From Vicinamibacterales bacterium (GTDB lineage Bacteria; Acidobacteriota; Vicinamibacteria; Vicinamibacterales; UBA2999): a stretch of DNA of 64,000 nucleotides. The notes under the pieces were generated by a model that had not been told where the DNA came from, made no database searches, and worked only from the letters and a program-made list of their open reading frames with translations. The position numbers and the translations under genes were made by a program. Location: positions 6,450 to 70,449 of the forward strand of contig DATLLC010000042.1 of the NCBI GenBank assembly GCA_035538015.1, read 5' to 3'. Shown here in pieces: positions 10,515 through 21,067 of this stretch (positions within the stretch are counted from its first letter, which is position 1; each line of letters opens with the position of its first letter).

Positions 10515-12026
10515 TCAGCGCAGGGCGCTTTCCCTCGCCGCCTGCTGCCAGCGTGACGGCACTATGGCCCCGGTGGCCACCGGCACGGCCGCGCTCGTGA
10601 ACTGGCGCACCGCCACGGCCACCGCCGCGAGCACCGCGTGCTCGTCATCGGGTGCCGCCAGGGGTGGCCCGTTGCGCGCGCCGAGCTTGCGGTCGACGAA
10701 CGTCGTGTCGAAACGCCCTGCGCGGAAGTCCTCGTCCTCGAGGATCCAACGGAAGAACGGAATCGTAGTACGGATGCCGCGCACCTCGTATTCGGCGAGC
10801 GCGCGCTTCATCCGGGCGAGCGCGGCGGCGCGGTCGTCGCCCCACGCCACGAGCTTCGAGATCATCGGATCGTAATAGATGGGCACTTCGGCGCCTTCGT
10901 ACAACCCGCTGTCGTCGCGGATGCCTGGCCCCTGCGGCACCCTGAGGCCCCGCACCAGGCCCGGCGACGGCATGAAACCGGCGTCCGGATCCTCCGCATA
11001 GATGCGGCACTCCACGGCGTGACCACGCGGCGCCAGCAACGCCGCCGCGTCGAGCGTCAGGCGATCGCCGCGTGCGATGCGGATCTGCCACTGAACGAGA
11101 TCCACGCCAGTCACCTGCTCGGTGATGGGGTGCTCGACCTGCAGCCGCGTGTTCATCTCGAGGAAGTAGAAGGATCCGTCGGTGTCGAGAAGGAACTCGA
11201 TCGTGCCGGCATTGGTATAGCCGGCGGCGCGTGCCACCGCGGCGGCGGCGGACGTCAGCCGGGCACGCAGGTCCGCCGAGACCGCCAGCGAGGGGCTTTC
11301 TTCGACCACCTTCTGGTGCCGTCGCTGGATCGAGCACTCGCGCTCCACGAAGGGGAGCACGGTGCCGTGGTGGTCGGCCAGCAGCTGCACCTCGATGTGC
11401 CGCGGCGCCAGGATGCGACGTTCGAGATACACCGCCGAGTCGCCAAATGCCGAACCCGCCTCGGAGCGTGCGGCGCGCAGGGCGCCCGAGAGGTCGGCGG
11501 GATCCGCGACCGTGCGCATGCCCTTGCCACCACCGCCGGCCACGGCCTTCAGCATCAAGGGATAGCCGATACGTTCGGCAATCGTCCTCACCTCGGTCTC
11601 TGGCACGTCGTCGCCGATCGGCTCTTCCGTGCCTGGCACGACCGGCACGCCAGCCTTGATCGTGACTTGCCGCGCCGCCGTCTTGCTCCCCATCAGGGCG
11701 ATGGCCTCGGCCGAGGGCCCGATGAACGTCAAGTTCGCATCCCGGCAAGCGGCGGCGAAGTTCTCGTTCTCGGCCAGGAAGCCGTATCCCGGGTGGACCG
11801 CATCTGCCCCCGCACGGCGCGCGGCTTCGATGATGCGGTCGATGCGGAGGTAACTGTCGCGGGGTGGATTGGGACCGACCGGGTAGGCCTCATCGGCCAT
11901 GCGGACGTGGAGCGCGGCCCGGTCGCACTGGGAATAGACGGCGACGCTCTGAAGCCCCATGTCGCGACAGGCCCGGATGACACGGACCGCAATCTCGCCG
12001 CGGTTCGCGATCAGGATCTTCTTCAT
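10515..12026 (-). CDS. accC: Biotin carboxylase subunit (acetyl/propionyl-CoA carboxylase alpha, no fused BCCP)
   Basis: 503 aa. MKKILIANRGEIAVRVIRA N-terminus, ATP-grasp core (GGGGKGMR), and a biotin carboxylase C-domain. Confidence 0.95.
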   Translation of the reverse strand: MKKILIANRGEIAVRVIRACRDMGLQSVAVYSQCDRAALHVRMADEAYPVGPNPPRDSYLRIDRIIEAARRAGADAVHPGYGFLAENENFAAACRDANLTFIGPSAEAIALMGSKTAARQVTIKAGVPVVPGTEEPIGDDVPETEVRTIAERIGYPLMLKAVAGGGGKGMRTVADPADLSGALRAARSEAGSAFGDSAVYLERRILAPRHIEVQLLADHHGTVLPFVERECSIQRRHQKVVEESPSLAVSADLRARLTSAAAAVARAAGYTNAGTIEFLLDTDGSFYFLEMNTRLQVEHPITEQVTGVDLVQWQIRIARGDRLTLDAAALLAPRGHAVECRIYAEDPDAGFMPSPGLVRGLRVPQGPGIRDDSGLYEGAEVPIYYDPMISKLVAWGDDRAAALARMKRALAEYEVRGIRTTIPFFRWILEDEDFRAGRFDTTFVDRKLGARNGPPLAAPDDEHAVLAAVAVAVRQFTSAAVPVATGAIVPSRWQQAARESALR

Positions 12027-12044
12027 CAGACCGAAACTCTTGCG

Positions 12045-12053
12045 ATTCTATCA
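12045..12053 (-). promoter_or_regulatory. Candidate extended -10 promoter element (TGATAGAAT) for accC
   Basis: The minus strand reads TGaTAGAAT about 18 nt upstream of the accC ATG. The same TGnTAGAAT form occurs upstream of rplU. Confidence 0.35.
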
Positions 12054-12281
12054 CTTAGAGGAGACTGACCGCGCCTGTCCCGGACTCCGCCCGCACCGGG
12101 CAGGCGCAAATTCGGATGCACCACGAATGGGTGGCTCGTGGTGAGATGGGGGATGCGCCTGGGCTCCGGACGATCGGGGTGGCGTCGGGTGACAGCGCCC
12201 CTCATGACCTACCTGCTCGCGGTCGAGGGGTGCGTCGCGGCGGGACGGCCGGTTGCGGATCAACGGGACGAGGGCGTCCGC

Positions 12282-12896
12282 ATGGTGGACGAGCAACTAC
12301 GGGAACGGGGGATCCGGGATGCGCGTGTCCTCGAGGCGATGGCGCGCGTGCGACGACATCTCTTCGTGCCACCGGATCAACGCGACGCGGCCTACGGCGA
12401 TCATCCGCTGCCGATCGGCTTCGGTCAGACGATCTCGCAACCTTACATCGTCGCCTTCATGACCGAGGCGCTCGGCGTCCGGCCAACGGACGTCGTACTG
12501 GAGATCGGCACGGGGTCCGGGTACCAGGCGGCCATCCTCGGGGAGCTGGCGCGCGAGGTGTATACGATCGAGATCGTCGCGGAACTGGGTGAGCGAGCCG
12601 AGCGGACGCTGGCCGAGCTCGGATACCGAAACGTGCACGTCCGGGTGGGTGACGGCTACCAGGGCTGGCCCGACCGCGCGCCATTTTCCCGGATCATCCT
12701 CACCGCTGCACCCGAGGAAGTCCCCGGGGCCTTGGTCGATCAGCTCGCTGTGGGCGGCACGATGATTTTGCCGGTGGGTCCGGTACGTGGCGATCAGGAG
12801 CTCCGTATCCTGACCAAGACAGCGGAGGGGGTGACCACCCAGCGCAGCCTCCCGGTTCGCTTCGTGCCGATGGTGAAGCCACCCCCGGGGGCGTGA
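12282..12896 (+). CDS. pcm: Protein-L-isoaspartate O-methyltransferase
   Basis: [30 protein letters not shown], the SAM-binding motif [13 protein letters not shown], and a GAGGG RBS 7 nt upstream of the ATG at 12282. The ORF track extends to 12138, which I consider less likely. Confidence 0.9.
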   Translation: MVDEQLRERGIRDARVLEAMARVRRHLFVPPDQRDAAYGDHPLPIGFGQTISQPYIVAFMTEALGVRPTDVVLEIGTGSGYQAAILGELAREVYTIEIVAELGERAERTLAELGYRNVHVRVGDGYQGWPDRAPFSRIILTAAPEEVPGALVDQLAVGGTMILPVGPVRGDQELRILTKTAEGVTTQRSLPVRFVPMVKPPPGA

Positions 12897-13060
12897 GACC
12901 AGACTCGGACCCACGTTCCACGGATCCGCCGGAATTTCGGCACGATGACATCGCGGCGAAGTGTTCGCGTCTCGAACGGCGCTCGAACGCCCGAAACCCG
13001 AGCGAGTGCCGTGGAACGTGAATTGCGTCTTCCCCTGCTGTGGATACGAGGAGGCTCGTA

Positions 13061-13537
13061 ATGATCTCCGCTCGCTTGGTCGAACTGATCCAGAATCATG
13101 CCCCCCGCCTGACGACGGACATCGTCAACGACCTGGTGTCCAATCCGCGTACGCGCGGGTTCCAGGCGGTGCCGCGCCTGGAGCTCGAAAGCCGCATCTT
13201 CCGCGTCTATGACCATCTCGGCGACTGGATTGCCGCCGGTCCCAACTCGGTCGCCGAGGCGGAGTTCGAGGAGTGGGGGCGACGCCGCTTCGGCCAGGGG
13301 ATTGCCTTCAGTGAAATCGTCTACGCCATCATCCTGCTCAAGGCGCACCTGAGCCGCTATATCCAGGATCACGGTCTCATCGACTCGGTGTTCCCGACGA
13401 GCGAAGCCGACTACGTGCTGCCGATGCACATGCACAGCCTGCAGGAACTCAATCGCATGGTGAGCCTGTTCTTCGACCGGGCGCTCTATCATCTCGCCCT
13501 CGGCTACGAGGCGGGTGGACCTGCCGGGGGGCGGTAG
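13061..13537 (+). CDS. Hypothetical helical protein (possibly RsbRA N-terminal / globin-sensor-like domain, stand-alone)
   Basis: 158 aa from the ATG at 13061, which is preceded by AGGAGG. GC-rich third codon positions support coding. The domain assignment is tentative and from memory. Confidence 0.55.
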   Translation: MISARLVELIQNHAPRLTTDIVNDLVSNPRTRGFQAVPRLELESRIFRVYDHLGDWIAAGPNSVAEAEFEEWGRRRFGQGIAFSEIVYAIILLKAHLSRYIQDHGLIDSVFPTSEADYVLPMHMHSLQELNRMVSLFFDRALYHLALGYEAGGPAGGR

Positions 13538-13669
13538 GGCGGCGGAGCTGACTAACCCCACAATTCATTTGGGTTGACGATCCCATCAGCCCAGACTCCC
13601 GGTCGTACGTGGCCGCTTTCCATCTGATCAGCGATCAGTTGGAACGACCATTCAAGCGAGTTGAGGGGG

Positions 13670-15211
13670 TTAGAGCGGGATGTTCCCGTGCTTCTTCGGT
13701 GGGTTCTTGTCCCGCTTGCCCTCGAGTGTGGCCAGCGCCTGAATGAGTTTGCGGCGGGTCGTGCGCGGCAGGATCACCTCATCGACGAAGCCCTTTTCGG
13801 CGGCCACGTACGGGTTGGCGAACTTCTCGCGGAACTCAGAGATCTTCTGCTGCCGCATCGCCGCGGGATCCGCAGCCTTCTCGATCTCGCGCTTGTAGAG
13901 GATGTTGACGGCGCCCTCGGCGCCCATCACCGCGATCTCGGCGGTGGGCCAGGCGTAGTTGCAGTCGGTGCGGATGTGTTTGCTCGACATGACGCAGTAC
14001 GCGCCGCCGTAAGCCTTCCGGGTGATGACCGTCACCTTCGGCACCGTGGCCTCCGCGAAGGCGTAGAGCAGTTTGGCGCCGTGGCGAATGATCCCACCGT
14101 ATTCCTGGACCGTGCCTGGCAGGAATCCGGGCACGTCCTCGAAGGTCACCAGCGGGATGTTGAACGCATCGCAGAACCGCACGAAGCGCGCACCCTTCAC
14201 CGATGCGTCGATGTCGAGCGTGCCGGCGAGGTGCGCGGGCTGGTTGGCCACGATGCCGACCGGGCGTCCACCAAGGCGGGCGAAACCGACGATCAGATTC
14301 CGGCCCCAATGCTGATGCACCTCGAGGAAGAAGCCCTGGTCGGCGATGGTGTGAATCAGGTCGAGCATGTCGTAGGGCTGATTCGGCGAGGCGGGCACCA
14401 GTCCGTCGAGCGCCGTGTCCTCTCGATCGAGTGGGTCGTCGGTTGGTTGACGCGGCGCCTCGTCGAGATTGTTGCCGGGCATGAAGCCGAGCAGCTCGCG
14501 GATGAGCGCGAGGCACTCGCGATCGTCGTCGACGGCGAAGTGGGCCACGCCGCTCTTCGCGTTGTGGGTCATCGCGCCGCCCAGCGCTTCCTTGGTCACG
14601 TCTTCGTGGGTCACCCCCTTGATGACGTCCGGGCCGGTGACGAACATGTAGCTCGTCTCCTTCACCATGATGGTGAAGTCGGTGATCGCGGGTGAGTACA
14701 CGGCGCCACCAGCGCAGGGGCCCATGATGGCGGAGATCTGAGGCACGACCCCCGAGGCGAGCGTGTTGAGGAGGAAGATGTCGGCATAGCCGCCGAGCGA
14801 CACCACGCCCTCCTGGATGCGCGCCCCGCCCGAGTCGTTCAACCCGACGATCGAACAGCCGTTCCTCACGGCCATGTCCATCACCTTGCAGATCTTGGCC
14901 GCGTTGGTCTCGGAGAGCGAGCCGCCGAAGACGGTGAAATCCTGTGCGAAGGCATAGACCACCCGGCCGTTCACGCGCCCGTGGCCGGTGACCACGCCGT
15001 CACCGGGGATCACCTGCGCGTCCATGCCGAAGTCGCGGCAGCGGTGGGTGACGAGCTTGTCCACTTCCTCGAAGGTGCCCGGATCGAACAGCAAGTCAAT
15101 GCGCTCGCGCGCCGTCAGCTTGCCGGCATCGTGCTGTTTCTTCAGCCGCTCGGTACCGCCGGATTCCTCGGCGCGCCGCTCGCGGTCGCGCAAGATCTCG
15201 AGTGGAGTCAT
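13670..15211 (-). CDS. pccB: Acyl-CoA carboxylase carboxyltransferase subunit (propionyl-CoA carboxylase beta / methylmalonyl-CoA carboxyltransferase 12S)
   Basis: The real start is [19 protein letters not shown]...[12 protein letters not shown] at 15211, inside the artefactual 891-aa ORF. 513 aa with typical crotonase-fold CT motifs ([21 protein letters not shown]). Confidence 0.95.
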   Translation of the reverse strand: MTPLEILRDRERRAEESGGTERLKKQHDAGKLTARERIDLLFDPGTFEEVDKLVTHRCRDFGMDAQVIPGDGVVTGHGRVNGRVVYAFAQDFTVFGGSLSETNAAKICKVMDMAVRNGCSIVGLNDSGGARIQEGVVSLGGYADIFLLNTLASGVVPQISAIMGPCAGGAVYSPAITDFTIMVKETSYMFVTGPDVIKGVTHEDVTKEALGGAMTHNAKSGVAHFAVDDDRECLALIRELLGFMPGNNLDEAPRQPTDDPLDREDTALDGLVPASPNQPYDMLDLIHTIADQGFFLEVHQHWGRNLIVGFARLGGRPVGIVANQPAHLAGTLDIDASVKGARFVRFCDAFNIPLVTFEDVPGFLPGTVQEYGGIIRHGAKLLYAFAEATVPKVTVITRKAYGGAYCVMSSKHIRTDCNYAWPTAEIAVMGAEGAVNILYKREIEKAADPAAMRQQKISEFREKFANPYVAAEKGFVDEVILPRTTRRKLIQALATLEGKRDKNPPKKHGNIPL

Positions 15212-15228
15212 ATGTGATCTGGAGCGGC

Positions 15229-15990
15229 TCAGGCGGCCACGCATGGGTTGCTGAGGGTGCCGACGCCCGCCACCTTCACCATGTTGCGATCGCCCGGCAC
15301 CAGCGCCCCGACGCCGGATGGCGTGCCGGTGGTGATGACGTCGCCGGGGCGGAGCGTCATGAACCGCGTCACGTGCTCTACCAGGTACGGGACCGGGAAG
15401 ATCAGCTGGTTGGTGTTGGAGAGATGACGGCGCTCGCCATTCACCCAGCCCTCGATTGCCAGATCCGAGGGATCGAGCCCGATGGCAAGGCACGGCCCGA
15501 TCGGCGCGAAGGTGTCGAACCCCTTGGCGCGGGCGTACTGAACGTCCTTCGCCTGCAGCTCGCGCGCGGTGACGTCGCAGAGGCACGTGACGCCGAGGAC
15601 GTAGCGCATCGCCTCCGCGGCGCTGACGCCGGAGGCAGTGCGTCCGATGACCACCGCCATCTCGGCCTCGTGCTCGATCCGGCCGGCCCAGGCCGGGATC
15701 CGAATCGGATCTTCGGGCCCGATCACCGAGGTGGCCGGCTTGAGGAACACCAGCGGCTCGTCCGGCAGCTTCTTGTTCATCTCCGCCGCGTGGTCCTTGT
15801 AGTTCAACCCGATGGCCACGACGATCGACGGCGTCACCGGCGCCAGCCACGCGAACGATTCGTCGCGGCCGATCTCCTTGCCCGGCCAGTAGTCGCCGAA
15901 GATGTCGCCCCCGAGCCAGTAGAAGGTCTCGTCCCGCTCGAGGACGTAGCGTCCGCCCATGCCCTGCCGGGCCCGATAGATGCGATCCAT
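15229..15990 (-). CDS. Fumarylacetoacetate hydrolase (FAH) family protein
   Basis: 253 aa. The motifs [15 protein letters not shown] and EAEMAVVIG are typical of the FAH/HpcE family. Confidence 0.9.
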   Translation of the reverse strand: MDRIYRARQGMGGRYVLERDETFYWLGGDIFGDYWPGKEIGRDESFAWLAPVTPSIVVAIGLNYKDHAAEMNKKLPDEPLVFLKPATSVIGPEDPIRIPAWAGRIEHEAEMAVVIGRTASGVSAAEAMRYVLGVTCLCDVTARELQAKDVQYARAKGFDTFAPIGPCLAIGLDPSDLAIEGWVNGERRHLSNTNQLIFPVPYLVEHVTRFMTLRPGDVITTGTPSGVGALVPGDRNMVKVAGVGTLSNPCVAA

Positions 15991-16023
15991 ATCCGTTCTC
16001 GCTCTCCCTGACGGCCGCGCGCC

Positions 16024-17346
16024 TCAACGCGGCGGGCGGCTGCTCTCCTCGACCCGGTTCGACTGCCCGCTCACGTTCTGCGGCGTGGCCGAATCCACAG
16101 CCACCACCGCATAGACGTAGCGCTCGCCCGGCCGCACCGCCTGATCGCGATAGGTCGTCTCGCGAATCGGCGTGGGCGTGAGCGCCTGCAGTGTGCCACC
16201 CGGCGCCGTGCCCCGCAATACGAGATACCCGGCGAGATCGGCCTCGGCGTTGGACTCCCAAATCAGATTGATGACGTCCACCCCCGCGATGGCGGCCAGG
16301 CGCTGCGGCGGCGCCGGAGGGAAGGTGTCTACCGGCGTGACGCACCCGGCCTCAGACGCCTCGCCGACGACAGGCGCGCCCGCGACCGTGTCGACCGCCC
16401 GGACGACGAAACAGCGTTCGACCCCGTAGCGGACCGGTCCAGGCACGGCCAGCTCGTTCGCGGCGACCGGCTGTTCGGAGAGTGGCCTGGGCAGCGACAG
16501 GCCGTAAGCGTCGGGGGGCGGAACCGGCTCGTTGGGCACCTCCAATACGTGGTAGGTCGTAGGCGGTGGAACCGGGCGCAAGGGCTTCGCGGGCAGGAGG
16601 GCCGGATCGCCGGCAGCAGGCGCCACGCGTGCATTCGGGGATGACGTCCATTTCACCGTCATCGCCGAATCGGTGTAGTCGAGACGCACGCCGGAGGGCG
16701 GATCGGCCGCGTTCCCTAGTGGCACGGAGACGGCCGCCGTCGGCGTGCTCAGGCGTCCCCGGGGCCCACGCGCGACGACATAGTAGAAGCGCTTCAGCGG
16801 CGCAGCGTCGGCCGGCGCGACGAGCGGACCCGTTACCGTTGGCAAGGCGCCCTCCCCTTCCCCCTCTGCATCACGCGCCGCGTCCCCGCCCGGCACGGGC
16901 GTCGGGCTGAGCGCTTCGGGCATCAGCGTCTCGCGGACCACCGCTGTTGTCCCCTGAACGAAACCCGGCGAGAGCGGCAGCGGCGGCGGCACCGGGGCGC
17001 CCTCCGGCGGAGGCGGTGGCAGCGGCAGCACCGGTTGCACGGCATACGTGCCGATCCTGACGGCCAGCTTCGTCGGATCGGGTCCGGGAGGCGGCGCAAA
17101 CCCGGTGAACGCGTACACGTCAATCTCTCCGACATCGGCCGGCATCTCGCCACTGACGTTGGCCGATGGCACGCCGAAGGACACGTAGACGTCGTTGCCC
17201 ACGCGCACGGCCTGTGGGTTGCCGGGCGCCGCGGGAATGCGGGCAACTGGGGGCAGCGGCGGCCCCTTCTTGCCACACGCCGCCATCGGGCCCGCGCATA
17301 CAGCGAGCAGCACGAGGACCGCGCGTCCTCTACTCCCCCGGTTCAC
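16024..17346 (-). CDS. Lipoprotein with Pro-rich linker and C-terminal fibronectin-III-like domain
   Basis: The proposed GTG start gives the signal [24 protein letters not shown]|GKKGPPLPP (lipobox plus the CGKKGPP lipoprotein-attachment motif). The longer ORF-track start (17622) would overlap hslU. The C-terminus ([19 protein letters not shown]...YVYAVVAVD) looks like FN3. Confidence 0.6.
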   Translation of the reverse strand: MNRGSRGRAVLVLLAVCAGPMAACGKKGPPLPPVARIPAAPGNPQAVRVGNDVYVSFGVPSANVSGEMPADVGEIDVYAFTGFAPPPGPDPTKLAVRIGTYAVQPVLPLPPPPPEGAPVPPPLPLSPGFVQGTTAVVRETLMPEALSPTPVPGGDAARDAEGEGEGALPTVTGPLVAPADAAPLKRFYYVVARGPRGRLSTPTAAVSVPLGNAADPPSGVRLDYTDSAMTVKWTSSPNARVAPAAGDPALLPAKPLRPVPPPTTYHVLEVPNEPVPPPDAYGLSLPRPLSEQPVAANELAVPGPVRYGVERCFVVRAVDTVAGAPVVGEASEAGCVTPVDTFPPAPPQRLAAIAGVDVINLIWESNAEADLAGYLVLRGTAPGGTLQALTPTPIRETTYRDQAVRPGERYVYAVVAVDSATPQNVSGQSNRVEESSRPPR

Positions 17347-17458
17347 GTGAGTTGCGCATCCATCAGCTCTGACTCCTGCTGGAATTTCGCCGGTCTCCAC
17401 CGGATCAGCGCGCCGATGGATCCTCCACAGGACTGAGCTGAGGGGTGAAGTGACGGCT

Positions 17459-18832
17459 TCACAGGATGTAGCGGGACAGATCTTCGTTCCGCACGATATC
17501 GGCGAGCATGCGACGCACGTACACCGCGTCAATGGTAATCGATTGACCCGCAAGCTCGGGCGCCTCGAAGGACACCTCGTCGAGCAGCCGTTCCATGATC
17601 GTGTGTAGCCGCCGCGCGCCAATGTTCTCGGTCTGCTCGTTGACGCGAGTCGCGAACTCCGCGACCAGCGCGACGGCTTCGTCGGTGAAGTCGAGGGTCA
17701 CGCCTTCGGTCGCCATCAGCGCCGTGTACTGCTTGATCAGCGCGCTCCGCGGTTCGGTGAGGATGCGCACGAACTCGGCCTGGCCGAGGGCCTCGAGCTC
17801 GACCCTGATCGGAAACCGGCCTTGCAGCTCCGGAATCAGATCCGAGGGCTTGGACACGTGGAACGCGCCTGCCGCGATGAACAGGATATGGTCGGTACGG
17901 ACGATACCGTGCTTGGTGTTGACGGTGGTGCCCTCGACGATCGGCAGGATGTCACGCTGCACGCCCTCGCGGCTGACGTCCGGGCCCTGCCCGCCTTCGC
18001 GGCCGGCCACCTTGTCAATCTCGTCGACGAAAATGATGCCCGACTGCTCCACGCGCTTCACGGCCAGACGTGACACCGATTCCATGTCCACCAGCTTGTG
18101 CTGTTCGTCCGCCTGCAGGCGCTCGCGCGCCTCGGCCACCGGCACGCGCTTGCGCTTCGAGCGGCCCTGGAAGAATCCCGGCATCATGTCCTTGAGATTG
18201 AGGCCGATCTCCTCGATCGACGAGCCCTGGATGATCTCCAGCGAAGGCACCTGCCGATCCTGGATGTCGATCTCGACGACCCGGTCGTCCAGCCGGCCGG
18301 CGCGGAGCTGCTCGCGCATGCGCTCGCGCGTGCCCTGCTGGGCCTCGCGGGCTCGCGTCGGATCTTCGTCCGGCGCGGTTGGGCGAGGCGGCAGCAGCAG
18401 GTCGAGCAGTCGTTCTTCGGCGGCCTGTCCGGCCTTCCCGGCCACGTCCTTGAGCTGCTCCTCGCGAATCATGTCCACGGCGAGCTCGACGAGATCGCGC
18501 ACCATCGACTCCACGTCCCGACCCACGTAGCCGACTTCCGTGAACTTCGACGCCTCGACCTTGATGAAGGGCGACTGCGCGAGCTTGGCTAGGCGCCGGG
18601 CGATCTCGGTCTTGCCGACGCCGGTCGGGCCAATCATCAGAATGTTCTTCGGCGCCACATCGTCGGCCAGCTCGGGCGCGAGCTTCTGGCGCCGCAGGCG
18701 GTTGCGGAGCGCAATGGCGACCGCGCGCTTGGCCCGGCTCTGGCCGACGACGTACTTGTCGAGCTCGGCCACGATTTCGCGAGGGGTCAGAGTATCCACG
18801 GCGCTTGCCGAACGTTCAGGCAGGGTAATCAC
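17459..18832 (-). CDS. hslU: ATP-dependent protease ATPase subunit HslU
   Basis: [17 protein letters not shown], Walker [16 protein letters not shown], and the typical C-terminus EDLSRYIL. The GTG start overlaps the hslV TGA (GTGA), which I prefer to the ORF-track ATG at 18871. Confidence 0.95.
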   Translation of the reverse strand: MITLPERSASAVDTLTPREIVAELDKYVVGQSRAKRAVAIALRNRLRRQKLAPELADDVAPKNILMIGPTGVGKTEIARRLAKLAQSPFIKVEASKFTEVGYVGRDVESMVRDLVELAVDMIREEQLKDVAGKAGQAAEERLLDLLLPPRPTAPDEDPTRAREAQQGTRERMREQLRAGRLDDRVVEIDIQDRQVPSLEIIQGSSIEEIGLNLKDMMPGFFQGRSKRKRVPVAEARERLQADEQHKLVDMESVSRLAVKRVEQSGIIFVDEIDKVAGREGGQGPDVSREGVQRDILPIVEGTTVNTKHGIVRTDHILFIAAGAFHVSKPSDLIPELQGRFPIRVELEALGQAEFVRILTEPRSALIKQYTALMATEGVTLDFTDEAVALVAEFATRVNEQTENIGARRLHTIMERLLDEVSFEAPELAGQSITIDAVYVRRMLADIVRNEDLSRYIL

Positions 18833-19374
18833 AGTTCTTCGATCGTGAGATGGCTGTTTGTGTAGATGCAAATACCGGCGGCGACCTGCATCGACGCTTC
18901 GGCCACGGCCCGGGCATCGAGGGTCGTGTGGCGCACCAGCGCCTGGGCCGCGGCCTGGGCAAAAGCTCCGCCTGATCCGATGCCGACGATCCCCTCGTCG
19001 GGCTCGATGAGATCGCCGGTGCCCGAGAGCAGGAACATCGCCCGGTGATCGGCGACCACCAGCATCGCTTCGAGCCGGCGGAGCGCGCGGTCGGTGCGCC
19101 AGTCCTTCGCGAGCTCCACCGCCGAGCGCTCGAGATTGCCGCGGTACTGTTCGAGCTTCGACTCGAAGCGCCCGAACAGCGCAAAGGAATCGGCGGCCGA
19201 TCCGGCGAAGCCGACCAGCACCTGGTCGTTGTACAGCCGGCGAATCTTGCGCGCGCCCTGCTTGACGACGGTCGCACCAATCGTGACCTGGCCGTCGGCG
19301 GCGAGCACCGTGTGGTCGTCGCGACGGACGGCGAGTACTGTGGTCGCGTGGAAGGAGGAGTGGTCGCTGGGCAT
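18829..19374 (-). CDS. hslV: ATP-dependent protease peptidase subunit HslV
   Basis: 181 aa with the N-terminal catalytic Thr context [23 protein letters not shown]. Confidence 0.95.
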   Translation of the reverse strand: MPSDHSSFHATTVLAVRRDDHTVLAADGQVTIGATVVKQGARKIRRLYNDQVLVGFAGSAADSFALFGRFESKLEQYRGNLERSAVELAKDWRTDRALRRLEAMLVVADHRAMFLLSGTGDLIEPDEGIVGIGSGGAFAQAAAQALVRHTTLDARAVAEASMQVAAGICIYTNSHLTIEEL

Positions 19375-19408
19375 GCCCTCTTCGCTAGTCTCTCACGAGG
19401 ACAGGTCC

Positions 19409-19440
19409 AGGGCCCACAGAGACAAGGGCCCACAGAGACA
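19409..19440. repeat. Perfect tandem duplication of a 16-bp unit (AGGGCCCACAGAGACA x2) upstream of hslV
   Basis: Read directly: 19409-19424 and 19425-19440 are identical. The repeat lies 35-66 nt upstream of the hslV ATG, and each unit contains the GGGCCC palindrome. Confidence 0.9.
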
Positions 19441-19615
19441 CCCGCACGCCGGCGTCAGGTTTGTGCCGGTTCCGTGGCTAGCCGCCTTGGCGAAGCCACT
19501 GCTCCCTCGGTGAGTACGCCTGCCTCGTTGTCGAGGTTCGTCATGACACGACACGTCCTGCCGACCCTGCTCATGGTCGTCTGCCTGGGCAGGGGGGCCG
19601 CGCAGGCGATGATTC

Positions 19616-21037
19616 CTACTTCCTCTTCGAGAACCACCAGTACAGCGGCAGGCCGAGCGCAATGACGAACAAGCCGGCCGCGGACGGGCCCAGGGGCTGG
19701 CCGCTGGTCAGCGGCCGTCCGAGATCCGTCCACAGGGCGTTCAGCACGATGAGCAGGCAGGTGATGGCGAAGATGGCCGGAGCGACCGGATACCCCAGGG
19801 CACTGAACGGACGCGGGACGTTGGGCTCACGCCACCGCAGGACGAACAGCGCGGTGACTGCGACGCCGGCGAACAGCACCACGGTGAACCCGGTATACGT
19901 CGCGAGCGCGTTGGCCCCTCCGGACAGGACGAGGAGCGTGGACCACACCGCCTGGGCCACGATGGCATTCGCGGGCGTTCGAAACCGCGCGTGCACTTCG
20001 GCCGCCTTGTCGAAGAAGAGGCCGTCGCGCGCCATCGCGTAGTAGACCCGCGACCCCGCGAACGTGTTGCCGCTGATGCCCGCCAGCAGCCCGACGATCG
20101 AGACGACGCCCATGACATTGCCCGCCGCGGTCCCGAGCAGGCGATCGCCGACCACGTCGAGCACGCTCCCCTTCAGCTTCGCCAGTTCACCGACCGGGAT
20201 GACATAAATGTAGAGGGCGTTGAGCAGGACGTAGATGACGGTGACGGCGATGGTGCCGATGGCCAGCGCCTTGGCGACGTTCCGCGCCGGATCGCGCACT
20301 TCCTCGGCGACATAGGTGGCGGCGTTCCACCCCGAGTAAGTGAACATGATCGGGATGAGCGCGAAGAACCACGCACTGAGCGTCACCGGGCCCACCTCGC
20401 CGCTCAGGTTCGACGGCGACCCGATGCCGAACGAAAACCCGAGCACGATGAAGATCAGGAAGGCTCCCACCTTGAGGGCCGCCAGCACGTTGCTGACGAA
20501 GGCCCCGGGGCCGACACCCCGCAGGTGGACCCACGACATCAGCCAGATGGCGGCCACCGCGGTGATCGTCTGGGGTGAGACCGTCAGCGGCACCCACGGC
20601 AAGGGCACGACGAAATAGGCGGCGTCGATTGATGCCCACGGGATGAAGCGACCGAGATAGAAGGCGAGGATGGCGGCGTTGCTGGCGATGGCCCCGGTGA
20701 ACCCGGCGACAAACGACGTCCACCCGGTCAGAAATGCGGCGAGCGGCCCGTAGGCCGCATGGAGATATTGGTACTCGCCGCCGGCTTTCGGCCGCACCGA
20801 GGCGAGCTCGGCGTAGGCCATCGCGCCAGCAAAGGCCAGGGCCCCTCCGGCCATCCAGATCCCCAGGAACCACGCCGCGTCGGGGACACTCGCCGCGATC
20901 GACGGCGACAGGAACAGGATGCCGCCCCCGATCACATTGGAGACGATGATGGCGGCCGCGTCGTACGGTCCGAGACGTCGCTCGAGTGCTGACGGAGGCG
21001 TGGGCATGCGCGCGAGTATACGCGGTCGCGCGTGCAT
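19616..21037 (-). CDS. APC superfamily amino acid/polyamine permease
   Basis: 473 aa with about 12 predicted TM helices and an N-terminal IIVSNVIGGGILF motif typical of APC transporters. The start could be M11. Confidence 0.9.
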   Translation of the reverse strand: MHARPRILARMPTPPSALERRLGPYDAAAIIVSNVIGGGILFLSPSIAASVPDAAWFLGIWMAGGALAFAGAMAYAELASVRPKAGGEYQYLHAAYGPLAAFLTGWTSFVAGFTGAIASNAAILAFYLGRFIPWASIDAAYFVVPLPWVPLTVSPQTITAVAAIWLMSWVHLRGVGPGAFVSNVLAALKVGAFLIFIVLGFSFGIGSPSNLSGEVGPVTLSAWFFALIPIMFTYSGWNAATYVAEEVRDPARNVAKALAIGTIAVTVIYVLLNALYIYVIPVGELAKLKGSVLDVVGDRLLGTAAGNVMGVVSIVGLLAGISGNTFAGSRVYYAMARDGLFFDKAAEVHARFRTPANAIVAQAVWSTLLVLSGGANALATYTGFTVVLFAGVAVTALFVLRWREPNVPRPFSALGYPVAPAIFAITCLLIVLNALWTDLGRPLTSGQPLGPSAAGLFVIALGLPLYWWFSKRK

Positions 21038-21067
21038 TTCTTTACCGCTCGACGCCGATGAATTGCG

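Noticed and set aside
13670-16345. 891-aa ORF in the track
   Set aside because: The real carboxyltransferase begins at MTPLEIL (15211). The upstream part overlaps the FAH and lipoprotein genes out of frame and has an RGAP-rich junk composition.
19543-19665. 40-codon plus-strand ORF with a signal-peptide-like start (MTRHVLPTLLMVVCLGRGAAQA) and a GAGG RBS
   Set aside because: Its second half overlaps the permease 3' end antisense and loses the GC3 bias. There is no supporting homology, so the evidence is too weak to call a gene, though a small secreted peptide cannot be excluded.
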